The notes below the pieces were generated by a model. That model worked only from the letters and a program-made list of their open reading frames with translations, was not told where the DNA came from and made no database searches. Source: Gammaproteobacteria bacterium (GTDB lineage Bacteria; Pseudomonadota; Gammaproteobacteria; Arenicellales; Poriferihabitantaceae). From it: a stretch of 64,000 nt of DNA. How positions within the stretch are numbered: the first letter of the stretch is position 1; each line of letters begins with the position of its first letter. The position numbers were made by a program, and so were the translations under genes. The stretch covers positions 8,561-72,560 of the forward strand of contig JAJEAV010000057.1 of assembly GCA_022822625.1 (NCBI GenBank). The letters are read 5' to 3'. This document shows, in pieces, positions 41,862-52,373 of this stretch.

Positions 41862-42818
41862 TGGTCTCTCCGATAACCGTGTTTGAAGGGCCAGCCAGAT
41901 TTACCTGATTCTGAACATGGAATAGCCCACTACTTCATGGGCGTGTAGATTCTACAACCACACACTACGATTTACAAAACCAGATGGCACATGCCCAACA
42001 AGCATGATATGAGAATTTTTCCAATACAAACAAAGAAATAGAAGTATATCTTCGATGCTGACAACTCTCTGGGTCGGGGCAGTGTTTGAAATAACGACAC
42101 AAATACTTCTTGTTTTGCACCATTTTGGCAAAATCTTCAGGAAAATACCGTGAAAAACTGGAGCGATGCAGCTGAAAATCAGCGGTTCCGTTTCCGGAAC
42201 GCTTCGCGACTTGTTTTCAAAAAAGTAGGGTTTTAACCCTTCATTCAAATACGAAGGTTGGCGATTCGGTGTTTCAAACGTTGCATAAAATCCATCCGTC
42301 CATGAAGGATGGCTATCATGATTGAAGGACTTTCATCAAGCCACACAATGTAATTAGCTTGCCCTGGGTTTCAGTGGTATATTGTCAAATATCGAACAGA
42401 TCTTCTTTGACAGCAAGCGTCGGTACATAGATGTTCATTCCCGTGAAGGAAGATCTGTCTGCATTCGTGCGGTCTGCCTTATATCCTCTACGGACCTGGT
42501 TGAAAATTCACCGCGAAGCGCTTGCCAACTCTTGGTTTCAGAAAGTCTGACAAACAATTGATCGCCCAGTCTTCACTTATACCGTCAAGGTCAGGGGTTC
42601 ACCAAGGGTTTTTCTGAGCACATGATTTTTGATGCTCTGCCCTTTAAGCGCAACCATGGCCTTAAGCTTCTGATGCCCTTCATGCATGATGCAATTGAAA
42701 GTCGAGGCACAACTTGACTCTTATACAAATTAATCAGACAAGTCGAATCCATCATGGGAAAATGCACAAAACAACATTTGTGCGTATACCCTTCCAAATC
42801 AGAGGCCGTATCGAAACT

Positions 42819-43514
42819 TCACAAAACCCGCGCGTTCGTCGACTTTTTCCTCCATTCGCCTGGATGAAAGGATATCTTGTCGCCCCATATTCCAATCCTT
42901 GATCTTCTTGCTCTTCGCTCTTCACGCTTGTACCGGTCACCATAGGCTGAAATGGCGTAGCCATTTTCCACCAGCCAGGAATTGATATCTGTACCGTCGC
43001 AGGTCACGATTCCGACTGTTCTTCGATATTTGTCTTTGGATATCACTTCGACCTGAACTGAGCGACTGGCGATAAAGTGCATCAACTCCCTCTTCACGAA
43101 TTCACCCTGGTCATACCATTTTCCATCGATTCCTTGAGCCCTTTGACCGATTTCAGGGGCATCAAGTCCGTGAAGCCGAATTGTCGCATCTCCCACACGT
43201 ATTGTATCTCCGTCCACAATATATGCCGAACCATTGAATTTGTCTCGGAACCCGACTTTGAGCATCTTCCAAAACAAGCCCCATAAGGATGTCCTTGGAA
43301 AGAAAAGTCTGTTTAGACTAGCTGGTTTGAAATTGGGTGTGCTGACCCCGGGTATACGAATCCTTGTTGAACTACGGGGATTGGCAATCTGACGAAAAAC
43401 CGAACGCGGCCTTCTCGTTTTAAATAGTGAGCGTGAACGTCTTGGTCGAAACATCTCGGTGACTGCAGGAGCGATGATGGATAAGTTATGACAGATTGTA
43501 ACCCTTGTTGACAA
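42819..43514 (-). CDS. Thermonuclease (staphylococcal nuclease/SNase-like) family protein
   Basis: YIVDGDTIRVGDATIRLHGLDAPE...KYRRTVGIVTCDGTDINSWLVENGYA follows the SNase OB-fold motifs. The basic, unusual N-terminal roughly 90 aa makes the true start uncertain; it may lie at an internal Met. Confidence 0.72.
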   Translation of the reverse strand: MSTRVTICHNLSIIAPAVTEMFRPRRSRSLFKTRRPRSVFRQIANPRSSTRIRIPGVSTPNFKPASLNRLFFPRTSLWGLFWKMLKVGFRDKFNGSAYIVDGDTIRVGDATIRLHGLDAPEIGQRAQGIDGKWYDQGEFVKRELMHFIASRSVQVEVISKDKYRRTVGIVTCDGTDINSWLVENGYAISAYGDRYKREERRARRSRIGIWGDKISFHPGEWRKKSTNARVL

Positions 43515-43869
43515 CAGAACTGGTTAAGCAATCATTGCCATTAGTTACTCATCCCATAAATTGCATGGGGGGTCAATCTCAGTATTTTTTGATGCTCTGC
43601 AGATTCTTCATCAATTCGTGGACGCATGTCGTCGAATCATCAGTATTTGAGCTTTTTGCAGTTTCCAGGCTTTTTGGGGAATTTTTCCTTTGCCTTTAAA
43701 TTGGTTTTATACAGGGTACGCCTTCATAACGACCAGAAAGATAGGCTTGTTCCAACCTTATTCAATAACGATAGTCCGGGGATTCCGACATGTTGTTGCT
43801 TCCATTCACAAAGATGATGACTCTGGTTGTACATTCGGTTTGGATTCGGATTTAAAACCGTTGGCCAAT

Positions 43870-44688
43870 TTACTGAAATATGTCTGTCTGTTCGTCAATC
43901 TCAAGAACATCTTTCATGGCATACAGTCCGGGCTTGCGACCCGACAGCCATTTTGCTGCCCGAATTGCCCCTTTCGCAAAAATTATTCGATCCGTTGCTC
44001 GATGAGTAATCTCGATACGTTCCTTCTCTCCAATAAACAGTACGGTATGTTCACCAGCTATATCCCCGCCTCGAATGGTCGAAAAGCCAATGGTGCCCGG
44101 CACTCTTTTTCCGGTCACACCCTCACGAGCAAACACTCCACAATCGGGAAAGGGTAAGCCGCTTCCCCTGGATGCAGATTCTCCAAGATACAGAGCAGTC
44201 CCCGATGGCGCATCGACTTTATCGCGGTGATGTGCCTCAATCACCTCAATATCAAAAATTTTTCCTAGTGCACGACTAGCTAATTCTACAAGCACAGCGC
44301 ACAGGTTTATCCCAATACTGGTATTGGCCGCACATAACACCGGGATTTTCGTTGATGCATCATCAATCAAGACCCTGTGAGTACTGTCCAGACCGGTTGT
44401 TCCGATAAGAATCCCGCTATCGGAAGAGATACAGATATCCAAATGGGGCTCCAGACCCTCTGGCCGGGTAAAGTCAACCATTACATCGAAAGGATTGGCT
44501 ATTTCCTCTCCGTCAATAGGAATGCTGATGGATGGTGTACCAGCAATATCTCCCAGAGACTTGCCTATAAATGGACTATCGGGATGTTCAAGTGCACCTA
44601 CAAGCTCACACCCACTGTCATCGGATAACTCCCGGGCAATAGACTGACCCATTTTCCCAGCGGCCCCGGCAATCGCAATCTTAACCAT
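43870..44688 (-). CDS. dapB: 4-hydroxy-tetrahydrodipicolinate reductase
   Basis: MVKIAIAGAAGKMG..., IEAHHRDKVDAPSGTAL. Confidence 0.93.
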   Translation of the reverse strand: MVKIAIAGAAGKMGQSIARELSDDSGCELVGALEHPDSPFIGKSLGDIAGTPSISIPIDGEEIANPFDVMVDFTRPEGLEPHLDICISSDSGILIGTTGLDSTHRVLIDDASTKIPVLCAANTSIGINLCAVLVELASRALGKIFDIEVIEAHHRDKVDAPSGTALYLGESASRGSGLPFPDCGVFAREGVTGKRVPGTIGFSTIRGGDIAGEHTVLFIGEKERIEITHRATDRIIFAKGAIRAAKWLSGRKPGLYAMKDVLEIDEQTDIFQ

Positions 44689-45170
44689 TATCTAATAAAC
44701 GTAAGAAAATTCATGTTTTTTTAATTAGGTAGCGAGGAAACAGTAAGCCTTCACGACAATTTGCTATCCCAGAAAATTTTGCAGATTGTATTTTGTATTC
44801 CGCAATACCTGCCGACTTTTTCTCTTATCCCCATTTTCCTTCTTTAGTTAGTATGAAAGCTGATGCAATTGTTTCCTGTCGTTGACTAAACAGTCAAGCA
44901 CATCTCGTTATCCGGGCCTTGTTCAACATGAGGGACAGGATAACAGTATGCATAAACAACAAACATTGATTTTAATCTGCTTTCCAATTACCTGCGGTCG
45001 CGAAAACAAGAGCCACCACCGAATGCAATTTAGAAACAAAACTCTTCATACCTGTTTCTTTCGACATGTTGTTTCTGTATCTTACTCGATGCAGGCCCGA
45101 TAGTGAGTTGAAGCAATTTTCCGTGAATATTGTGGCAAATGATACAATTTCCTGATTCCCCAATCCCCCT

Positions 45171-45890
45171 TCATTTTTTTCTCAACACCTTTTTTTGCGG
45201 GGTCAGATTGACCTTGTCGATCACGGTGCCTCGCGGCATTTTCAGAACAGTAGAGACCATTTGCGAAACATCGTCTGGATCGATATAGTTCTCCCGCGCA
45301 TCCCCGGGACAAAAATCCAGATTATCAAAAAACCTGCTATCTACCGCACCGGGATTGATTACACTAACCCGCAAATTCGAAGAGGTACCCTCGGCCCTCA
45401 ATGACTCCGCAAAGCCGTTGATCGCATACTTGGTGGCACTGTATACGGCACCCATCTTGCCACCCCGGACTCCACTTTCCGACCCAATGAAAACCAGATC
45501 ACCATTTCTCCGCCGCTTCAGATGAGGAATAATATGCCGGGCAACCAGCATGTGGCTGAGCAGATTCGTATTGACAAGATTGACTATCCTCTCGACAGAG
45601 AATTCTTCAAAATTGCCAAAATCACCATAGCCATGACAGAACACCGCCCCATCCAGATCAATCCTGCTACCCAGCCATTCCTTCATGACAGTTTCCAGCT
45701 CGGAAAAATTCGCCAGATCACAACGGATACCGGTCAGTCGTGAACGGATAGACTCACCGTTCAAACGAGCAGACTCCGTAGAGCGACGGGCGATGGCGGT
45801 GACCTCGGCACCCTCACCCAGCAAACCCTCGACAACCGCGAGACCGATGCCGGAACTTGCTCCGGTCACCAGATAATGACGCTCTTTCAT
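45171..45890 (-). CDS. SDR-family NAD(P)-dependent oxidoreductase
   Basis: Start trimmed to ATG 45890 (MKERHYLVTGASSGIGLA, containing TGxxxGxG). The catalytic YSATK is present. Confidence 0.85.
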   Translation of the reverse strand: MKERHYLVTGASSGIGLAVVEGLLGEGAEVTAIARRSTESARLNGESIRSRLTGIRCDLANFSELETVMKEWLGSRIDLDGAVFCHGYGDFGNFEEFSVERIVNLVNTNLLSHMLVARHIIPHLKRRRNGDLVFIGSESGVRGGKMGAVYSATKYAINGFAESLRAEGTSSNLRVSVINPGAVDSRFFDNLDFCPGDARENYIDPDDVSQMVSTVLKMPRGTVIDKVNLTPQKKVLRKK

Positions 45891-45935
45891 GCAGGGGTTT
45901 CCTGATATTGACAAGACCCGATCTCCACTCAAGTA

Positions 45936-47213
45936 CTATTTTGACAGGCGGGTCACTCCAAGCATGTACGGACGCAATACATCGGGTACGGTAATACTGC
46001 CATCCTGATTCTGGTAGTTCTCCATCACGCCAATCAATGCCCGCCCGACAGCCACCCCTGAACCATTCAATGTATGCAGCAGTTCGGGTTTTCCGGTTGC
46101 CGGGTTTCGCCATCTCGCCTTCATGCGTCTCGCCTGAAAATCTTCGGTATTGCTACACGAGGAAATTTCCCGGTAGAGCTGCTGGCTAGGCAGCCATACT
46201 TCAATGTCATAGGTCTTCGATGCAGCAAATCCCATATCGCCAGTGCACAGGGTAATCACTCGATACGGCAACTCGAGTTTCTGCAAAATGGTTTCAGCAT
46301 GACCCGTCATGATCTCCAGCGCCTCATAGGATTCATCCGGCCGGACTGCATGCACCAGTTCTACTTTCTCAAACTGATGTTGCCGGATCATGCCACGGGT
46401 ATCGCGGCCATAGGAACCCGCTTCCCTACGAAAGCAGGCAGTATGCGCAACCAGACGCATCGGTAATTCAGGATCTTCAACTATCCGGTCAGCAACAGCA
46501 TTTGTGAGAGGTACTTCCGCCGTCGGTATCAGGTATAAAGGCGGGTCTTCAGAAGTCTTAAACTGGTCTTCCTCAAACTTAGGCAACTGCCCCGTGCCAA
46601 ACAGGGTGCCCTGATTGACCAGTAACGGCACATTGGCTTCACAATACCCATGGTCACGAATATGGGTATCCAGCATGAATTGAGACAGCGCTCGATGCAG
46701 CCCGGCCAGCAACCCTCTCAGCACAACAAACCTCGATCCGGCGAGTTTGCTTGCATACCCATAATCCATCATCCCCAACGACTCACCCAAATCAACATGG
46801 TCCTTAAAGGCAAAATCAGCTGCTCGCGGCGCTCCCCAACGCCGGATTTCGATATTGCCCTCCTCATCCATGCCAAGTGGCACGCTTTCGTGAGCCAGAT
46901 TCGGGATCTCGCTCAACATTGCCTGAAGTTCCGACTGAACCTGTGTCAATGCAGAACTCCGGAGCTTGATATCATCACCCAGTGTGGATACTTCATGCAT
47001 CAAGCCATTGGCTTCCTCCCCTCTGGATTTGGCAATTCCTATCTCCCGGGAGATTCTGTTGCGACGGGCCTGGAGTTCCTCAGCCTGCTCCTGCAGGTTT
47101 TTTCGCCGATCTTCCAGCTCGTGATATTTTTCAACGTCAAGCGTATAACCTCGCCATTTCAGCTTCTCCACCAGCACACTAGGGTCTTGTCGAAAGGATT
47201 TTGGATCAAGCAT
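45936..47213 (-). CDS. serS: Serine--tRNA ligase
   Basis: [11 protein letters not shown]..., an N-terminal coiled coil, [25 protein letters not shown], and GSGVAVGR. Confidence 0.95.
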   Translation of the reverse strand: MLDPKSFRQDPSVLVEKLKWRGYTLDVEKYHELEDRRKNLQEQAEELQARRNRISREIGIAKSRGEEANGLMHEVSTLGDDIKLRSSALTQVQSELQAMLSEIPNLAHESVPLGMDEEGNIEIRRWGAPRAADFAFKDHVDLGESLGMMDYGYASKLAGSRFVVLRGLLAGLHRALSQFMLDTHIRDHGYCEANVPLLVNQGTLFGTGQLPKFEEDQFKTSEDPPLYLIPTAEVPLTNAVADRIVEDPELPMRLVAHTACFRREAGSYGRDTRGMIRQHQFEKVELVHAVRPDESYEALEIMTGHAETILQKLELPYRVITLCTGDMGFAASKTYDIEVWLPSQQLYREISSCSNTEDFQARRMKARWRNPATGKPELLHTLNGSGVAVGRALIGVMENYQNQDGSITVPDVLRPYMLGVTRLSK

Positions 47214-47293
47214 TGTATTTCACGAATAATAGGACTCGCTCAAGATAGATATCGAAACATCCGGAAATAGAAACAGAAACCAGGCCGAGGCAG

Positions 47294-47947
47294 CTACGAG
47301 TCGAGAAGCCCGAACTCGTCAATGATGTCAACCCCTTCGGGTGGAGTGAACCGGAATCTGGACTCCGGAATTTCAATATTCTCATTCATTTCATGAAAAA
47401 TGATACGCGTGCGTTGCTCAAGATGATCGACAAGTTCCATCAATCTCAACCGATTGTCCTCAAACCCGATGCGGACTTCACGAAACTCGTTCTCTTCATC
47501 CAGGGCAACAAGGTTAACCCAGTCATAGGGTCCTTGTGCTCCAATATCGATGATGGAGAAATTATCCTCAAGACGCTGGGATCCAGATAGCAAAACAGCG
47601 GGAGAACGTCCAATCGCTTCATCCTGTGGGCGTACACTGACTTGCTCAAGATCAATATCGTAAATCCAGACTCGAGACCCGTCACCAACGATTTCCTGAA
47701 GATCCGGATATTCATAATTCCAGCGAAACAAGCCGGGTCTTTCCACCCAGACCCGGCCCTGCCCCCTGTCCAGTTCGGTCAGGGTTTCATCCAGAATCAC
47801 CTGCCCAAAATCTGCTTCAAAACTCTTGATCTCGTCAAAGAAGTAGTTCAGCGAGTCCAGTCCTGGACTTGCCTTGACAGCCATGGACAAGATCAGACAA
47901 CAGATTCCCGCAATCCAGCAGGCGTAAGGGTTCAAGGTATGCTTCAT
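47294..47947 (-). CDS. lolA: Outer-membrane lipoprotein carrier protein LolA
   Basis: Start trimmed to ATG 47947 (MKHTLNPYACWIAGICCLILSMAVKA signal). FEADFGQV...GRVWVERPGLFRW, and the ftsK-lolA-serS synteny. Confidence 0.85.
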   Translation of the reverse strand: MKHTLNPYACWIAGICCLILSMAVKASPGLDSLNYFFDEIKSFEADFGQVILDETLTELDRGQGRVWVERPGLFRWNYEYPDLQEIVGDGSRVWIYDIDLEQVSVRPQDEAIGRSPAVLLSGSQRLEDNFSIIDIGAQGPYDWVNLVALDEENEFREVRIGFEDNRLRLMELVDHLEQRTRIIFHEMNENIEIPESRFRFTPPEGVDIIDEFGLLDS

Positions 47948-47957
47948 GGGATTCCCA

Positions 47958-50333
47958 TTACGGTGGTGGAGGAGCAAGCACAGTCCGCTTTCCGTTATCG
48001 GCGGCAGATACAACACCACCCTGCTCCATTGACTCAATCATTCGAGCAGCTCGATTGTAGCCGACTCGAAGTGCACGCTGTACGGCAGATATCGAAGCCT
48101 TGCGTGTTTTGGTTACAAAACTGACTGCTTCATCGTAGAGAGGATCAGCCTCGCCATCACCTTCAGTAGCAGCCCCGTCATTGCCAAAAGAAACAGCATG
48201 ATCCCCCTCTGTGATGTCTTCTCTATATTCCACTTGCATCGATTTTTTCACTTTCGACACTACCCGGCCAACCTCTTGATCGGACACGAATGAACCATGT
48301 ACCCGCTGGGTAAAGCCGGAACCGGGTGGCAGGAACAACATGTCACCCTGCCCCAGCAGTGCTTCGGCACCAATTTGATCCAGTACCGTACGTGAATCAA
48401 CCTTGGAAGATACCTGAAATGCAATTCGAGTCGGTATGTTCGCCTTGATCAGACCGGTCACCACATCTACCGAAGGGCGCTGGGTAGCGAGCACCAGATG
48501 GATACCTGCAGCACGAGCCCGCTGTGCAATTCTGATAATCACTTCTTCTACCTTCTTTCCGGCGACCATCATCAGATCCGCCAGTTCATCGACAATGACT
48601 ACGATGTACGGCAGGGATTCAAGCTGAACGGGTTCATCATCTTCCGATTCCGGTTCAAATAATGGTTCTCCCTTGCCAGTTGCTACTTCTATCTTGCGAT
48701 TGAAACCTGAGATATTCCTGACCTTCAAGGCAGCCATTAACCGGAATCGGCGATCCATCTCGCCGATACACCATCTCAAGGCATTGGTGGCCTTGTTCAT
48801 ATCCGTAACCACTGGCGTCAACAAGTGCGGTATGCCATCATAAACCGATAATTCCAGAAACTTCGGATCCACCATGATCATCCGAACCTGCTCCGGCGTG
48901 GATTTGTAAAGAATGCTCAGGATCAACGCATTCACGCAAACAGACTTGCCGGAACCCGTCGTACCGGCAATCAGGATATGTGGCATCTTCATGAGATTGG
49001 CAACCACGGGACGACCTGCAATATCCTTGCCCAGCACCATGGTCAATGGCGACGTACTTCGTTCATATTCATTGGATGACAAGCCATCCACAAGCTGGAC
49101 AACTTCACGATTCTGGTTTGGCACCTCGATCCCGATTACCGTCTTGCCGGGGATGTTCTCGACCACTCGGACACTCGCAACTGATAGAGAACGCGCCAGA
49201 TCCTTGGACAAGCCAACAATGAGACTGGCCTTTATTCCAGGAGACAACTCAATCTCGAATCGCGTAATCACGGGGCCGGGCTGGACTTCTTCTACGATGG
49301 CTTCAACATTAAAGTCCTTGAGCTTCTTGATCAGCAATCTGGACATCATTTCCAGAGATTCCTGACTGTATCCTCGACTGTCCTGTACGGTGGCATCGAG
49401 TAACGACAATTCGGGCAAGCCGCCTGCACCATCTTTTTTGTCCAACAGGCTTTCCTGGGCCTCATCATGCTTTCGCGTGCTTTGCTTGACAGGTGGAGGC
49501 TGGGAAACAATCGACGGGGCCTTTCGGCCCCGCATGGACTCATCGAATTTCTTGACTGCCATACTCCGCTGTTTTCTTGTCTTGAGACCAGTCATGTGAT
49601 CCCTGGAAACTTCCGTCCCCTTGCGCATCATCTCGAGAATTCGAAATACCTCATAACCGATTCTGTCCATGACCGCAAACCACGATATGTGCATCACAAT
49701 CGATAACCCGGCAATTACCAGCACCAGAAGCAGCAAGGAAGCACCAACCATCCCAAAGGCTGAATAAAGGAAAGACCCGAGGAATTCTCCTGCCAACCCG
49801 CCCGCAATGTAGGTCTCTGCTGCGACCGGCATGGGAAAGTAGAGACTTTCGAGACCACTGCTGCCTATCAGGGCCGAAACGATTCCGATGAAGAGAATCA
49901 GGGCCCCACTGTAGGAACGATTGGCCGACAGGCGCTTCCAGTACGAAAGGAAGATAATGGCCCCGCAGAGAAACAGAAGCAGATAGGCAGAGCGTCCTAC
50001 CACGGAAAACATGCCCGTAGCGATCCAGTCACCGACTCTACCGCCCAGATTGGCGCCATAACCGGTTGACGATGAATTCGCGAAATCTTGCGGAGCATGG
50101 CTAATCAGCGCAATCAACAGATATCCAGCCAGAAAAATCAGGACAATCAACTTCAGCTCCCTGAGCAACAGAAGCAGCCTGTCTGAAATTGCCAGTTTGC
50201 GACTAGGGATCCGTAGTTTTCGGTTTTTGATTCTTGCCTTGACCACTGATGGGATTATTGCTTGTATTGCCATGCTATGCCGGATTTTATCAGAAACGAT
50301 GGAATCTCCCTGCATGGCAATTCTGAAGCACAC
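47958..50333 (-). CDS. ftsK: DNA translocase FtsK
   Basis: N-terminal TM segments, a linker, a motor domain ([26 protein letters not shown]) and a C-terminal gamma winged-helix domain. The exact start is uncertain. Confidence 0.93.
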   Translation of the reverse strand: MCFRIAMQGDSIVSDKIRHSMAIQAIIPSVVKARIKNRKLRIPSRKLAISDRLLLLLRELKLIVLIFLAGYLLIALISHAPQDFANSSSTGYGANLGGRVGDWIATGMFSVVGRSAYLLLFLCGAIIFLSYWKRLSANRSYSGALILFIGIVSALIGSSGLESLYFPMPVAAETYIAGGLAGEFLGSFLYSAFGMVGASLLLLVLVIAGLSIVMHISWFAVMDRIGYEVFRILEMMRKGTEVSRDHMTGLKTRKQRSMAVKKFDESMRGRKAPSIVSQPPPVKQSTRKHDEAQESLLDKKDGAGGLPELSLLDATVQDSRGYSQESLEMMSRLLIKKLKDFNVEAIVEEVQPGPVITRFEIELSPGIKASLIVGLSKDLARSLSVASVRVVENIPGKTVIGIEVPNQNREVVQLVDGLSSNEYERSTSPLTMVLGKDIAGRPVVANLMKMPHILIAGTTGSGKSVCVNALILSILYKSTPEQVRMIMVDPKFLELSVYDGIPHLLTPVVTDMNKATNALRWCIGEMDRRFRLMAALKVRNISGFNRKIEVATGKGEPLFEPESEDDEPVQLESLPYIVVIVDELADLMMVAGKKVEEVIIRIAQRARAAGIHLVLATQRPSVDVVTGLIKANIPTRIAFQVSSKVDSRTVLDQIGAEALLGQGDMLFLPPGSGFTQRVHGSFVSDQEVGRVVSKVKKSMQVEYREDITEGDHAVSFGNDGAATEGDGEADPLYDEAVSFVTKTRKASISAVQRALRVGYNRAARMIESMEQGGVVSAADNGKRTVLAPPPP

Positions 50334-50353
50334 ATGAACAGATACTCATTCAG

Positions 50354-50728
50354 TCATGACAATAATGAGGGCAGAACCTCAACATGGATGTCTTGCTGCT
50401 CCAGTTTTACAGCCAGCGGAATAAGTGTCTGGTTAATACAGGGACCTCCCACGCACTTGCCTGTTTCCGGTTCAAAAATTGCGCCATGTGTTGCACAAAT
50501 AAGATGCTCACCAGATTCATCAAACAGCTCTCCGGGAACCCAGTCCAGCCTCGACCCATTGTGCGGACAACGATTCACATAGGAATAAACCTGACCACCT
50601 CGCCTGATCACGAAGCCGCTCAGGAACCTTGACCGATCGATATCGAACACGATTGCAGCACCGCTCTCGTCGAGTCGGTCAAGCGTGCCAACACTAATCC
50701 ACTGGCTTGATTTCGATGGACTGCTCAT
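50354..50728 (-). CDS. Rieske (2Fe-2S) domain protein
   Basis: CPHNGSRLD ... CATHGAIF matches the CxH...CxxH Rieske ligands. Confidence 0.8.
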   Translation of the reverse strand: MSSPSKSSQWISVGTLDRLDESGAAIVFDIDRSRFLSGFVIRRGGQVYSYVNRCPHNGSRLDWVPGELFDESGEHLICATHGAIFEPETGKCVGGPCINQTLIPLAVKLEQQDIHVEVLPSLLS

Positions 50729-50731
50729 GAT

Positions 50732-51379
50732 TCAACACAAGGTTTCAACAATCTCGGAAAAACTGTTTGCCAACTTCAGAATGCTGATATGTTCCAATTG
50801 TTTTCTCGAATGAGACCCGTAAGTTACTCCCCACCCGTCCATGCCTGCACTGGAAGCCATTTCAAGATCGAATGTCGTATCGCCAATCATCACGGCCTCA
50901 TGACTGGCTACCCCCGTGTAAGCAAGGGTTTTCCACAACATTTCAGGATGGGGCTTGGGTGGACCCTGGTTACCGCATCGAGTATACACAAATCGCTCTG
51001 CAAGTCCGGTTTCCCGTAAGACTCTCTGTAACCCGTTTTTCGACTTTCCTGTAGCGACACTCATCAGATATCCGGACTGGCCCAATCTATCCAGCCCCTC
51101 CCTGACATCATCGAAAAGCACCATCGGTGTTTTGTCCTTGACTCTCCAGTGCTCACCATAGCAACTCGCCAATCGCATGTTGAATTCCGGTGAATTTTGT
51201 GGATACAGCCTGGAAAAACTCTCGAATATGCTGAGTCCGATCAACTGTGCTACCTGGTCCGGTTCAGGAGGCACAATATGACATTCACGTGCAGACCCAA
51301 TAAAACAATTGACAATCCTGTCTCTGGAATCCATTAACGTTCCATCCCAGTCAAACACCAGCAGACGGTAGGATTTCAT
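50732..51379 (-). CDS. HAD-superfamily hydrolase (phosphatase-like)
   Basis: LLVFDWDGTLMDS (the DxDGT motif) and GDTTFDLEMA. As I recall, rluC-HAD adjacency also occurs in pseudomonads. Confidence 0.8.
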   Translation of the reverse strand: MKSYRLLVFDWDGTLMDSRDRIVNCFIGSARECHIVPPEPDQVAQLIGLSIFESFSRLYPQNSPEFNMRLASCYGEHWRVKDKTPMVLFDDVREGLDRLGQSGYLMSVATGKSKNGLQRVLRETGLAERFVYTRCGNQGPPKPHPEMLWKTLAYTGVASHEAVMIGDTTFDLEMASSAGMDGWGVTYGSHSRKQLEHISILKLANSFSEIVETLC

Positions 51380-51383
51380 CTGT

Positions 51384-52373
51384 TCAACTCCTGTTTGACG
51401 GCTTCAGCAAATCCAGAATATTCTGCAGTTCTTCCGGTAATGGCGCATGTGCTGTGACCGGCTTGCCATCAAGACCAAGAAAGTGGATTCGATGTGCATG
51501 CAGAAACAACCGACTGAGTCCCTGATTCTTCATGCTTCGATTGAACTGCCGATCTCCGTATCTCTTGTCACCAGCGATCGGAAACCCCGATTCAGAGCAA
51601 TGGACCCGAGCCTGATGCATGCGCCCGGTAATCAGGTCAATCCTGAGTAACGAGGTGTTCTGAAAGCGTTTTTCCACATGCAGGATCGATTGTGCATTTC
51701 GACCTAGCTGGTCCGTCTTGACCCGGTGATCGGTTGCCTTGGTTTTCCCCAAGGGAAGGCGGATATTCATCTGATTACTTTCCGGACTACCCCGAACCAG
51801 GGCCAGATACTGTTTTCGGATACTTCGGGTAGAAGCAATATCCGCATGTATCTTGAGCAGCATTTCTCTTGACTTTGACAACAATAGACATCCTGAAGTC
51901 TCAAGATCGAGTCTGTGTACCAGTTGTAGCTGCGAATTCTGCTTCATTCTGGCCTGCATGATATCAATCAATCCGTAAGCATGCCGGGTACCCGCATGTA
52001 CCGGCAGCCCGGGAGGCTTGTCGACCACAAGAATATCGTCATCCTCATAGACAATTGGAATCGTCCAGGCCTTGCCGGCCTCCAGGCCAGGGTTCCTGAC
52101 CGGATTCCGTGCGTTGAGCGGGGGGATGCGGATTTTTTCACCAAGATAAATCCTGCTTTCTGCCCTGGCCCGATGACCATTCACTCGAACTTCACCACTT
52201 CGAATCGCCCTGTATATGCGCGATTTGGGAACTCCCTTGAGCGTCTTGATCAGAAAATTGTCAATACGCTGCCCATGACCAGATTCATTGACTTCCCTGA
52301 CCTGAACACCAGTGCCGGAATCGAACTTATCCACGATCCTTTTTCCCGCTCTCCAGGGCATCTTCCCGACCAT
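51384..52373 (-). CDS. rluC: 23S rRNA pseudouridine synthase RluC-like (RluA family with S4 domain)
   Basis: S4 domain (QRIDNFLIKTLKGVPKSRIYRAIRSGEVRVNG) and catalytic HRLDLETSG. The start is uncertain: the ORF extends to 52496, while Met42 and Met46 give 52373 and 52361. Any of these starts overlaps the 3' end of the SulP gene. Confidence 0.8.
   Translation of the reverse strand: MVGKMPWRAGKRIVDKFDSGTGVQVREVNESGHGQRIDNFLIKTLKGVPKSRIYRAIRSGEVRVNGHRARAESRIYLGEKIRIPPLNARNPVRNPGLEAGKAWTIPIVYEDDDILVVDKPPGLPVHAGTRHAYGLIDIMQARMKQNSQLQLVHRLDLETSGCLLLSKSREMLLKIHADIASTRSIRKQYLALVRGSPESNQMNIRLPLGKTKATDHRVKTDQLGRNAQSILHVEKRFQNTSLLRIDLITGRMHQARVHCSESGFPIAGDKRYGDRQFNRSMKNQGLSRLFLHAHRIHFLGLDGKPVTAHAPLPEELQNILDLLKPSNRS

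Noticed and set aside
41952-42248. 98-aa minus-strand ORF between carA and the nuclease gene
   Set aside because: It has an odd composition (Cys/Phe/Ile-rich) and no recognisable motif or RBS. It lies in sequence that otherwise looks like decayed DNA, so I left it uncalled.
42626-42640. Exact 15-nt direct repeat TTTTTGATGCTCTGC at 42626..42640 and 43586..43600, flanking the thermonuclease gene (possible target-site or att duplication)
   Set aside because: In a 64-kb window, roughly one exact 15-mer pair is expected by chance (on the order of N squared over 2 divided by 4 to the 15th). The motif is T-rich and the flanks do not extend the match. Its position is suggestive, but this is not evidence on its own.
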